From the IMG/VR virus record IMGVR_UViG_3300025528_000275, positions 1 through 31,404 of that record: DNA of 31,404 bases, one strand, 5' to 3'. The translations under genes and the position numbers were made by a program. Under the pieces are notes generated by a model that worked only from the letters and a program-made list of their open reading frames with translations, was not told where the DNA came from and did not search any database. This DNA is from a virus (Duplodnaviria; Caudoviricetes). Positions 24,501 through 30,043 of this stretch are shown here, one piece after another. How positions within the stretch are numbered: position 1 is the first letter of the stretch; each line of letters opens with the position of its first letter.

Positions 24501-27369
24501 CGGGGAGCTGGTGAGCGAACACATTCCGCTGTCGCGGCTGGAGGTGGGTGACGCGGTCGAGTACCCGGTGCGGGACGGGGACGTGGTGCACCGGTACGGC
24601 CGGGTCGCGGAGATCACCCGCCTGTCCGGGCCGTGGGACCCGGAGGACACCTACCTGGTGCGGCTTGAGGTGGTGGACGGGGAGACCGGGTTCCCGGTCG
24701 CCTCGGACGCGGTCACCATGACCTCCCGCGGGTGGCCGTCGATCATCCGCACCGAGCGTGGCGAGCTGTCCCGGAACCAGCCGTGGGACGCGGTGCTGGA
24801 TGATTCCGGCGGTGACGGGCCGATCGAGCACGGCCAGATCGGGCGGGGTGACCGGATCACCGTCACCCCGGTTGCCGGGGAGCCGGTGGCCGGCACGGTG
24901 GAGAACGTCACCCCGGTCATGGAGGGTGACCGGCGGGTCGGGTCTTTGGTGACGATCCGCACCTACAACGACACCGTGCAGGCGGTTCCGATCCTCGACG
25001 GCGACGACACGGCGATCACCCGTCAGGCGCGCGCCGACGACAACGTGCGGGCGAGCATCGACCGGCAGATGCGGCGGCGCGCCCTCGAGGAGCGGCGCCG
25101 CCGGGTGGCCGCGGCGATCGCCGACGCCGAGAGCCGGCTGTACCGGGACGCGTCGGCGCGGATCATGGCGGAGCTGTCCACCAGGCCCGTGTACGGCCCC
25201 GGCGAGGCTCCCCGCGGCGGCGACGATGAGGGGATGCGGGTGTGGGCCACCGCGCCCGACATGGTGGAGCAGGCGTGGCGGGATCTCGACCCCGGCCCGG
25301 TCGCCGAGCAGATCGCCGACGCGTTCGGGGTGACCGGGCAGCAGCGGGAGGCCCTGATCGAGCGGGTGCGGCCGCTGGTGGCGCAGGTGCAGGAGCGGGC
25401 GATGGACAACATGGTCGCGTCGATCATGGATGTCGAGCCGCTGCCGGGTGAGACCTACGACCGGGCGCTTCGCCGCATGATCGAGCAGCTCCAAAACGAC
25501 CCGCCGATTAACTTCGCGGTCATCGGCCGGGACCTGGGGGCCTACGACCTGGACCCGGTCGAGGCGGCCGGCGACCTGCCGGACATCCCCCGCCCCGAGG
25601 GTGGGAGCATCGCCGACCGGATCGCCGCCTACCGGCGTGCCCTGCCGGAAGACCTGGCCAACTTCGGGCACAAGCAGGTCAACCGGCCCGTCTTCCGGGA
25701 GCTGGACCTGGACCAGCTTTCGGAGCGGTACGCGCCGGAGATGGACACCATCACCGCGTGGGTGCCGGACACCGCGCCGGACGGTGGGCCGGGCGAGCAC
25801 GCCATGCGGCACCTTGCGATCGTCAAGGCCGCGGGTGCCGAGATCGACACGGAGTTCACCCGGCGGCTGGAGACGGACGAGGCGTACCGGAAGGCGGCCG
25901 ACGAGCTGGAGAAGGCCCGCGACGCTGTGCGGCAGGCGGAGCAGACCTACGTCAACCGGCGCTCCACCGGCCGGTGGGCCGACCGGCGGCGTATCCGGGA
26001 GGCGCGGCAGCGTGAGGAGCAGGCCAAGCAGACGCTCATCGCGGCGCGGCGGCGGGTGTTCGTCGAGATGATGTCGGAGGTGCGGTCCCTCGGCGGTGTC
26101 GAGCTGGACTACCGGCGCAGCGACGGCACCCCGATCGGGGATGACGCCCGGCCGATGATGGACGAGGTGCACCGGCTGTACCCGTCCGACTGGCTCGCGG
26201 CCCTGGCCGAGCGCGGCCCGATCACCATCCGTTTCGGGGAGCGCGGCGCCTACGACCCCGACAGCCACAGCATCGTGTTCGCCTCACCGGACGAGCACGA
26301 GCATCGCCGCACGATGGCGCACGAGCTCGCGCACGCGATGGAGCACACCATCCCCGGCCTGCGGGAGGCCCAGGAAGCGTACCTGTGGGAGCGCACAGCC
26401 CGCGGCGAGATCGGGGAGCGGGAGCGGCCCGACATGGCGCCGATCGACGGCAACCCCGACCAGGTCGGCTACCCGGACGCTTTCCCGCAGGAGTACAGCG
26501 GCCGGGTCTACCCGTCCGGGAACCGTGAGGTGCTCGCCACCGCGATGGAAGACCTCATGACCGGTGGTGACTACCTGGATGACGACTACCGGAGGTGGCT
26601 GCTGGGCACGCTCGCGCTGATCGGCACCGACCGGAACGGGCCGGCCCGTGACCCGCTCGCCGGGGTGAACCTCAACAGCCTGTCGGTCGCCGACCTTCAG
26701 GACCTGCTGTCGAACCTGGAGTACGGCTCGGCGGCGTGGCAGAAGGTGATGGCCGAGCTCAGGCAGCGGGACCACGACAACGACCCGCTGGCCGGGGTCG
26801 ATCTTGACCGGCTCTCGCTGGAGGAACTGGCCGACCTGATGGGTGAGGTGGACGACCCCTACAGCCTGGCCAGGATCAACGAGGCGCTGGACCGGCGGGA
26901 GCGGCTGGACCGTGAGGAGGAGGAGCGGTACGCGCGGGCCGAGCAGCTCGTGGCCGCGGGGACGCACACCTGGGCCGAGGCGTGGGCGGAGGTGTACGGC
27001 CTGTCGGCGGAGCAGGTGGAGCGTGAGGAGCGGCTCGCCCAGCTCGGCATGCTGGGCGGCCGGCGGCCGGGCGAGACCCTCGACCAGTACGTCACCCGGC
27101 AGTATGACGAGTGGCTGGAGGCGCGCTGGCTGGCCGCGGAGGCCGCGACCAACGGGTACATGCTCAACCGGGAGGGCCGGGCGCGCGGCATCGACCCGCG
27201 TACGCTGTTCTACGGCTCGTGGGACCGGGTCAAGAAGTACGGCAGCCAGGAGCTGTTGAACTGGTTTGAGGCGAACGGGTGGATGAACAAGACCGAGTTC
27301 CGCGCGCAGATGCTCCAGCGTGAGCGTGACGTGCGGGCGGCGAAGCGGTCGAAGGAGGCGAGGCGATGA
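15583..27369 (+). CDS. Giant (~3,930 aa) multidomain 'polyvalent'-type phage protein with zincin metallopeptidase motif
   Basis: Uninterrupted 11.8-kb ORF with high GC3; N-terminal WDPDLHPRDRKGRF; many xxGDxV beta modules; CDHC...QVGSDC plus OB-fold-like segment; HELAH...EVLA. Start TTG 15583 (GGGGG RBS) preferred to 15529. Confidence 0.88.
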   Translation: MSEQTGTWETKASVRGAVRTASRIVGRGKWDPDLHPRDRKGRFIETGARVKVPGGRTGTVVRNTGHGYMEVRLDDGKVHRIHRNYLEVQRRPDGTRPHGQAAVRNRSAQPKPMPVEAPSPDATEYRPKGRDSRVPVGELTQGQPVLIFGRNRNGDRVARVGLVSSVRQRNNGDYVVDLGDVGEVYTDEDGVARPLDSDRLRRLIDATRSGDDAEAQRIAQEIQAEILAEDDDEFDRLDTPGTGAAGGRQAGDTPRQQERPQTARPGDLSPGDRVEFQVRVNEGNAARFAGEGAVNPPRPGQTVTVRGVVDHVQDDMLGMQAVRLRGGAQWQSAGGGGPLDEGALDWPLDTDHEVTKLGRAEPRRRRGGGGDAAAAAPATQGALFYDRGEDESGTPDMFTALEREEQAQAPAAPSGRGDERTPSAPEAPATPARGGEVTVDEAMDAVRRAYFEMRPQPRPAGDYAPVSLVELRNRLSDIPRETLDQALARLNLEPDIFLWPESNQKILTREDRAAAIRLGNQDLHWIQMEASARRADTPAPGRGDERTPSAPEAPATPAADTPDARRTSPDTPDTQRVPDAGDDMDPQPGILSDEDTARLREALDAYRAALAGDDPAAVADTRDAVRNLTLDISRRAPAGDQGRRVREETDRINEAARGRFLEWDEAHSGALNAHLSQRAERAAAAAGLSEDARRAAENGDMDRARQLIEQGRRAYPDLLDWDSVERDARSRYVDLDEIESTDDGNPPSPPGMTAARRAELVAAIEREAGGYEFTGEPGRYVAEMMDANREEWDWINAYIQAHPEVLTWNPAERDRRRRARELREQRTRELLNQAFERFQAGEIDEAERMVDEAERRAPGIVPYDQIRAQIAARRAELGAPETRTPDTPDAPETRTPDTPDAPETRTPDTPDAPEAGRDVLDQERAEREPGRVDENEALARRLLPQVEQLIDRGDFDAARALLDEVDRMAPGLDEIEELSNRIVQRREEAERERGIIARLPDPEVATSQQIRDGFDLIGMSNTGVAAERLHSVLDQMPDFRRVGRLEQERIRDQFGEVFNLLRQEIESVDGREQRRWALRALNRLEELAGIKGVNHVGQYESDFRNYLRERSDDELIEQIRSMMEGHPDFPMVKLELARRGYNEVGEPAAGSRHGLNNPVEATPDMNGARVRAVIDGGEILEGTLEVTRGESGPAYYMLRDRDNHPRLLGNSDDDRVWVERLDTAQTGGETPTPDTADTAADAPGPRATQRRDRADGDSTERRVAADEIRPGDRITFYRREGGVRGGPTARRMVYRESIRWTGTVPDDYRPGRPVRLVDVVEVEEGHPPRAVLDPPAIRLPDRVDRLGDDEARRSAEEGRRMREEAIRNREELRAAMEAQRRALLVEVGGEGLAQAADRFQANREVPLQDPRDLEADWYAVDSMLADALAGDLERERRYQLENLRTEYATSLFYAGGDHRRALRDGEVGRRVAADLAGPRMDEVLGSASDADLAAAIRYAERQARRAEADGDHDEARTWREAAEQARQTIADRSFRHLAEQPEPQATREPGSVREPDQVSTPVASPEQREAALSAVEGAAGLAAHGPERLPDPEPGVDNDPVISQLPDTYDIAEHLLPRAIAKLEAANRRAERLGIPERFTWEITRYEAEWEEDDDESGVRRHFTQPRVRLRLNRPVVRRNGWTFVGTLTWSNDAGLVTRLVPGESLKRRPDRRWCDHCQTERDRRDTFIVRHEDGTELQVGSDCLEAFTGVSPSGLWMLGFSPNLTDDNLLSAGEDALGDSTRQTVRAADVLAVATAVVNRHGWVSRAAAEERGGRSTAELIRQALFPGGHGEPEEVKKWRSEIHELAARMRDDVAEIQAFAANYPGDDEFSTNLRTLAQSEWIDRRNIGVLAYAVAAKMRHDEEVARAAAVPGESPYVGRPGERIRDVEARIVGKQYISGREWGSSELVTLVTPKGQVIKWFKSGGLGSEFRIGDTVLLSGTVDKHSEFRGVPETMVKRAKLTRVSRVGRPGDLDRPEPTPPGWLAVGDRLEHRSGRFGTIEDINRRHGADADRVIYDITLRDDDTGELVTISVSSQDSAYRVAQAPHTPLEHAEEVGSGLIGEGDRLWVNVDGKGRAEVTVQRFLKDKELELGTTPDDESVRPGLRRRYRDDIYDDNGDPILPRRLTQYRVAEVKDDQGRTYLVGLPGHERVVRVLPPPPPPKRTTPRDVEEAARERAERRVRDFAPAPLKSGYMGDFYASSFAVGDTIRHKVQRDDGSVHAETVTGTIVEIRGNEMTLRDADGRLHRAWVHTVKGDDVISLTDRPPVEEVTPGKVRDGDRLWVNIGGGMVKATVTGKRRPERNERLRDQQLNEVSAAPSDTVIQVRTDDGETGEFLVQRGIPVYRVIDPDRIAAAWNAQPVDLDMLAARAEALEAFRRERGLTPEALERVEQAALDEALRRVEQYGDIARVTVSSEPLGFQIVPHRKPSRVPRGLDTKIPLLRPDGRTWDGEELPSSTPAAAAPDAPGTPDVPRAPEVPGTPEAAGTLEAPRAPEVPGTPEAPATPEAAGAALPARPAGPDPAAKPYTFRRNPAGGYNVHTDGQDRPIGRVWRDGAYWYWEHGDGTTSTGERTRDRAAAALRNYHDSLDAEHGTPEQVPAATLAEGDRIDTPNGVEVVQSVQTVEGVTFTTSRDEHDRVTIRAHTEGAAVTRRRGGAKPAQVSEPYARDVQPGQWLIVDGRPMQVTAVDDVDDRRVFHVAGEGGATTVEFGRDTRVTVATNLRPRRTRRRAAPPPTEVEGVRLEPIPEGTASARVRLRSDIRKRVLGLGIERDETASEQARQAAARLRASQPMTAEQMQALAAHLRGMAGDEGRPAVQRRALHRASQWVEAAYAGLAGYPAPPHDPGRDTLQRVSAGNLTSGDVIALPDRDGRVEFVRVVETRQYRGFPLVSARIERNDGTREERILSARADVWLAPDLPEDQEVRPADAGELVSEHIPLSRLEVGDAVEYPVRDGDVVHRYGRVAEITRLSGPWDPEDTYLVRLEVVDGETGFPVASDAVTMTSRGWPSIIRTERGELSRNQPWDAVLDDSGGDGPIEHGQIGRGDRITVTPVAGEPVAGTVENVTPVMEGDRRVGSLVTIRTYNDTVQAVPILDGDDTAITRQARADDNVRASIDRQMRRRALEERRRRVAAAIADAESRLYRDASARIMAELSTRPVYGPGEAPRGGDDEGMRVWATAPDMVEQAWRDLDPGPVAEQIADAFGVTGQQREALIERVRPLVAQVQERAMDNMVASIMDVEPLPGETYDRALRRMIEQLQNDPPINFAVIGRDLGAYDLDPVEAAGDLPDIPRPEGGSIADRIAAYRRALPEDLANFGHKQVNRPVFRELDLDQLSERYAPEMDTITAWVPDTAPDGGPGEHAMRHLAIVKAAGAEIDTEFTRRLETDEAYRKAADELEKARDAVRQAEQTYVNRRSTGRWADRRRIREARQREEQAKQTLIAARRRVFVEMMSEVRSLGGVELDYRRSDGTPIGDDARPMMDEVHRLYPSDWLAALAERGPITIRFGERGAYDPDSHSIVFASPDEHEHRRTMAHELAHAMEHTIPGLREAQEAYLWERTARGEIGERERPDMAPIDGNPDQVGYPDAFPQEYSGRVYPSGNREVLATAMEDLMTGGDYLDDDYRRWLLGTLALIGTDRNGPARDPLAGVNLNSLSVADLQDLLSNLEYGSAAWQKVMAELRQRDHDNDPLAGVDLDRLSLEELADLMGEVDDPYSLARINEALDRRERLDREEEERYARAEQLVAAGTHTWAEAWAEVYGLSAEQVEREERLAQLGMLGGRRPGETLDQYVTRQYDEWLEARWLAAEAATNGYMLNREGRARGIDPRTLFYGSWDRVKKYGSQELLNWFEANGWMNKTEFRAQMLQRERDVRAAKRSKEARR
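16823..17255 (+). repeat. 55-bp perfect direct repeat (16823-16877 and 17201-17255)
   Basis: CCGGCCGCGGCGACGAGCGGACCCCCAGCGCACCGGAGGCCCCGGCCACGCCGGC twice, offset 378 nt (126 codons). Confidence 0.9.
18217..18324 (+). repeat. 33-bp coding tandem repeat, 3 copies plus partial (APETRTPDTPD)
   Basis: GCTCCGGAGACGCGAACCCCGGACACCCCGGAC x3, then GCTCCGGAG. Confidence 0.92.
23101..23240 (+). repeat. Degenerate Pro/Glu linker repeat (PRAPEVPGTPEA x2, 9-bp periodicity)
   Basis: Translation PDAPGTPDVPRAPEVPGTPEAAGTLEAPRAPEVPGTPEAPATPEAAG. Confidence 0.75.
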
Positions 27370-27626
27370 TGGCGCGGCGCGCTGGCGGCGGGAAAAAGAC
27401 GGCCACGGCCACGGCCGCGGCAGCGGCCGCGGCCGCGGGTTCGGGCGGGCAGGTGACCGCGTTGCAGGTCCGCACGGCCCGCCGGCTCGGCCGGCTGCAC
27501 GCCCAGATCGGGCGGCCGATCACCGCCTGCCCGTACAAGCCGGGTAAGGACGGTGCGCCGACACCGCTGATGGAGGCGTACGTGCACGGGTACAGGCAGG
27601 TCAAGCCGGGCGGGCGGGTGCGGTGA
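27366..27626 (+). CDS. Rmf/CrpP-like small protein
   Basis: GRLHAQIGRPITACPY...EAYVHGY resembles the Rmf pattern GxxAxxxG...CPY...WxxGW; ATGA overlap with giant gene stop; AAGGAGG RBS. Confidence 0.6.
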   Translation: MMARRAGGGKKTATATAAAAAAAAGSGGQVTALQVRTARRLGRLHAQIGRPITACPYKPGKDGAPTPLMEAYVHGYRQVKPGGRVR

Positions 27627-27886
27627 TGGCCGGGTACATCGTCACCGGGTATGTGGACGGGGTCGCCTACACCGCCACGGTGGGTGGCGGTCCGTGGCCG
27701 AACGCCAAGGCGTCCGCGGGGGTGCTGTCCGGGCCGCCGCGGGTGGTCAACCTGGTTGCGGCGCGCGCCGGGGAGACCATCCGCAGGCCCCACCAGCCTC
27801 CGGTCACGGTGGATCTGGACGACCCGGATGCGGTTCTGGCGGCGTTGCGGGCGTGGACGCGGGTGTCCGAGGTGCAGCGGAGGTGA
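27626..27886 (+). CDS. Hypothetical protein (86 aa)
   Basis: TGATG overlap with upstream gene; globular composition (YIVTGYVDGVAYTATV...DLDDPDAVLAALRAWT). Confidence 0.7.
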   Translation: MAGYIVTGYVDGVAYTATVGGGPWPNAKASAGVLSGPPRVVNLVAARAGETIRRPHQPPVTVDLDDPDAVLAALRAWTRVSEVQRR

Positions 27887-27954
27887 CCTAAACCCCCTCT
27901 TCGGGGATCATCGCCGGCCGGTACAGCGGTGGTCTTTCCGAGGGGGTGGTCGTT

Positions 27955-28002
27955 GTGTGCGGTGGTTTCTGCGTCGGCTGCGGCGGCTGCATCGGCGGCT
28001 GA
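27955..28002 (+). CDS. Putative 15-aa Cys/Gly-rich peptide MCGGFCVGCGGCIGG
   Basis: GAGGGGG 27940-27946, GTG 27955 (alternative GTG 27946), TGA 28000-28002; 12 of 14 internal codons end in C; followed by a hairpin. Confidence 0.45.
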   Translation: MCGGFCVGCGGCIGG

Positions 28003-28020
28003 CCTAGGCCGGCAGGGGCG

Positions 28021-28055
28021 GGGGCGGCCCGGTTCCGGGCCGCCCCTGCTTGTGT
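28021..28055 (+). terminator. GC-rich hairpin, probable intrinsic terminator
   Basis: GGGGCGGCCCGG-TT-CCGGGCCGCCCC (28021-28046) followed by TGCTTGTGT. Confidence 0.65.
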
Positions 28056-28074
28056 CCGCGCCGTGCTCCGAAGG

Positions 28075-28101
28075 GACGTTAGGGGGGGTTTGCGGCATCC
28101 T
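28075..28101 (+). promoter_or_regulatory. Late-promoter-like element GACGTTA-N14-CATCCT
   Basis: Between hairpin and GGGAGG RBS / ATG 28142. Confidence 0.65.
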
Positions 28102-28141
28102 CCCCGCCCTGAACCATAACGGTGTCCGGGGAGGTCGGGGG

Positions 28142-29848
28142 ATGCCCGGATTGGCGACGCTGGAGTACAAGGCGATCAGCACGGCCGCGCCACGGCCCGA
28201 CGTGGGCACGTCGGTCGGCGAAGAGGGTGTGGTCGAGGCGCTGGTCGCGGTCACCGGTGTGCCGGACAACGTCGGGGACGTGATCGTCCCGGGTGCCTTC
28301 AGGGAGACGCTCGCCGTGCGCAAGCCCAAGGGGGTGTTTTCGCACGACACCACGACGTGGGTGGCGCGCACCGAGGTCGTCGAGGAGCTGATGCCGGGCG
28401 ACCCCAGGTTGCCGAAGACGACGAAGGACGGCCGGCCGTGGCCGCGGCAGGCCGGGGCGCTGTACGTCAAGGCCCGGTTCAACCTGCGCAGTGATGACGG
28501 GCGTAACGCCTACGAAAACGTCCGGTTCTTCTCCGAGACCGACGAGTGCGAGTGGAGCATCGGGTACAAGGTGCCGAAGGGTGGGGCGCGGCGCGGCCCT
28601 GATGGGTTGCGGTACATCCACCGGCTGGACCTGTACGAGTACAGCCCGGTTTTGTTCGGCGCCGCCTCGCAGTCGATGACGCTGAGCGTCAAAGCCGGGG
28701 TTCCGGGGGTGGCCGACACCCCCTCGGATCGGGCGGCGGTGCGGCGGCTCAAGCGGTGGTATGTGCGCGGTGGTGGCGCGGCACGCATCCGCTGGGGGCA
28801 GCCGGGCGACTTCATGCGGTGTGTCCGTATCGCCTCCAAGCACATGTCCCCCGAGCGGGCGCGCGGGTTCTGCAACCTGAGGCATCAGGAGGCGTTGGGG
28901 GTGCCGCCGGGCAAGGAGCACAAGACCAGGTTCGTGGACGATGAGGACCTGGGGAATCTGCTGAAGAAGGCCGACCCCGACACCAGCGGTGGTGGTGGGG
29001 GGACGTTGCGGTTCGCCGGGCGTGTCCGCAAGCGGATCAAGACGCGGCCGGGTGAGCGGCCGTGGGGTCTGCTCCCCTCCCCCGGTGATGCCGCGGCGGC
29101 GGATGGTGAGCTCGACGAGCCGGACGAGGCCACGGCCGCGGGCGCGGGCGCGGGCGCGGCCGGGGACACGCCGGACGTGCCGGGCGCGCCGGATGTGCCG
29201 GATGGCGTGGCCGGGGACGAGCCCGACGCCGGCGTCGGCGACGGCGACGAGGATGAGGACGAGGACGAGGCGGCGGGCATGGAGACCAAACGGGATGCCC
29301 GTATCGAGCTGCTGCGCGCCGCCGGCGTCGACATCCCCCTGTCCCTGGAGGAGATCCTCGCCCGGATCGGCCGTGCCGTGGAGAAGTACTTCGGCGCGCA
29401 CGACATCCCGGTCAGGGTGGAGGCCACCTACCCGGACACGGTGCTGGTGTCCACCTACTCGTGCGACTGCACCGTCTACCAGGTGCCGTACGAGATGGAC
29501 GACGCCGGGAATGTCACGCTCGGCCGGCCCATCCTCGTCACCCCCGGCGACGGCCCCGGCGTGGACCGGCAGGACGTGGGGCGGGAGATCGGCGAGGTGG
29601 TCGCCGAACTGGAGGAGATGCTGGAGTCCAAGGCGGCCGGGCACGTGATCGGGCAGCGCACCGCCCGCAAACTGCGGTCCGCGGTGGAGACGCTGGTGTC
29701 GCTGCTGCGTGAGGCCGGGATCGAGATCGGCGGTGTCGAAACCCCGCCGTGGGTCGACCGGAACAAGCAGGTCGACCCGTTGCCGCCGGAACCCCCGGTG
29801 ATCCCTGACTCGACCTCGGTTTCGGCGCTCCCCGTCGAAATGCGGTGA
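28142..29848 (+). CDS. HK97-family prohead protease with long C-terminal extensions (568 aa)
   Basis: DNVGDVIVPGAF, FSHD (His), EWSIGY (Ser), LDLYEYSPVLFGA (Glu); GGGAGG RBS before ATG 28142. Confidence 0.92.
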   Translation: MPGLATLEYKAISTAAPRPDVGTSVGEEGVVEALVAVTGVPDNVGDVIVPGAFRETLAVRKPKGVFSHDTTTWVARTEVVEELMPGDPRLPKTTKDGRPWPRQAGALYVKARFNLRSDDGRNAYENVRFFSETDECEWSIGYKVPKGGARRGPDGLRYIHRLDLYEYSPVLFGAASQSMTLSVKAGVPGVADTPSDRAAVRRLKRWYVRGGGAARIRWGQPGDFMRCVRIASKHMSPERARGFCNLRHQEALGVPPGKEHKTRFVDDEDLGNLLKKADPDTSGGGGGTLRFAGRVRKRIKTRPGERPWGLLPSPGDAAAADGELDEPDEATAAGAGAGAAGDTPDVPGAPDVPDGVAGDEPDAGVGDGDEDEDEDEAAGMETKRDARIELLRAAGVDIPLSLEEILARIGRAVEKYFGAHDIPVRVEATYPDTVLVSTYSCDCTVYQVPYEMDDAGNVTLGRPILVTPGDGPGVDRQDVGREIGEVVAELEEMLESKAAGHVIGQRTARKLRSAVETLVSLLREAGIEIGGVETPPWVDRNKQVDPLPPEPPVIPDSTSVSALPVEMR

Positions 29849-29920
29849 CAAACCTGGTCGGAAACACCTGTGAAATGCCGTGAACCCCACCCGCGTCAAC
29901 CCGTCTGACCTGCGGAAACG

Positions 29921-29947
29921 GACGTTAAGGCGGGTTTTCGCTAGCAA
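29921..29947 (+). promoter_or_regulatory. Late-promoter-like element GACGTTA-N14-TAGCAA
   Basis: Intergenic, upstream of capsid gene; hexamer lacks the final T. Confidence 0.5.
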
Positions 29948-30043
29948 CCCTGGATAGTCCAGGCGTCCCGGTGCTGACCGGGCGACGGATCGCGAACAAG
30001 GCAAATCCGGAACACCAGTCAGCAAACCGGGGGGGTTGCTGAG

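Noticed and set aside
21650-24960. xxGDxV modules as intein/Hint domains
   Set aside because: No N-terminal Cys block, TxxH or terminal HN-C/S/T around them.
21961-26268. 1435-aa minus-strand ORF and other long antisense ORFs (15646-17604, 17605-19560, 19801-21864, 28079-31258, 13993-15552)
   Set aside because: Shadow frames of high-GC3 plus-strand genes; no motifs, and fully overlapped by well-supported CDSs.
15583-27369. Giant ORF as tape measure protein or DarB-like helicase/methylase
   Set aside because: Acidic, beta-rich, located in the head module; no TM or periodic aromatic pattern, no Walker/DExx or methylase motifs recognised.
27929-28141. 71-aa N-terminal extension of the protease (also upstream starts 2726, 4931, 5131, 5968, 6717, 15529)
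   Set aside because: Extensions cross hairpins, promoter motifs or neighbouring genes; downstream starts mostly have clearer RBSs or better fit.
29905-29919. CTGACCTGCGGAAAC as a phage-specific signal
   Set aside because: Single copy here, and similar words are common in actinomycete intergenic DNA.
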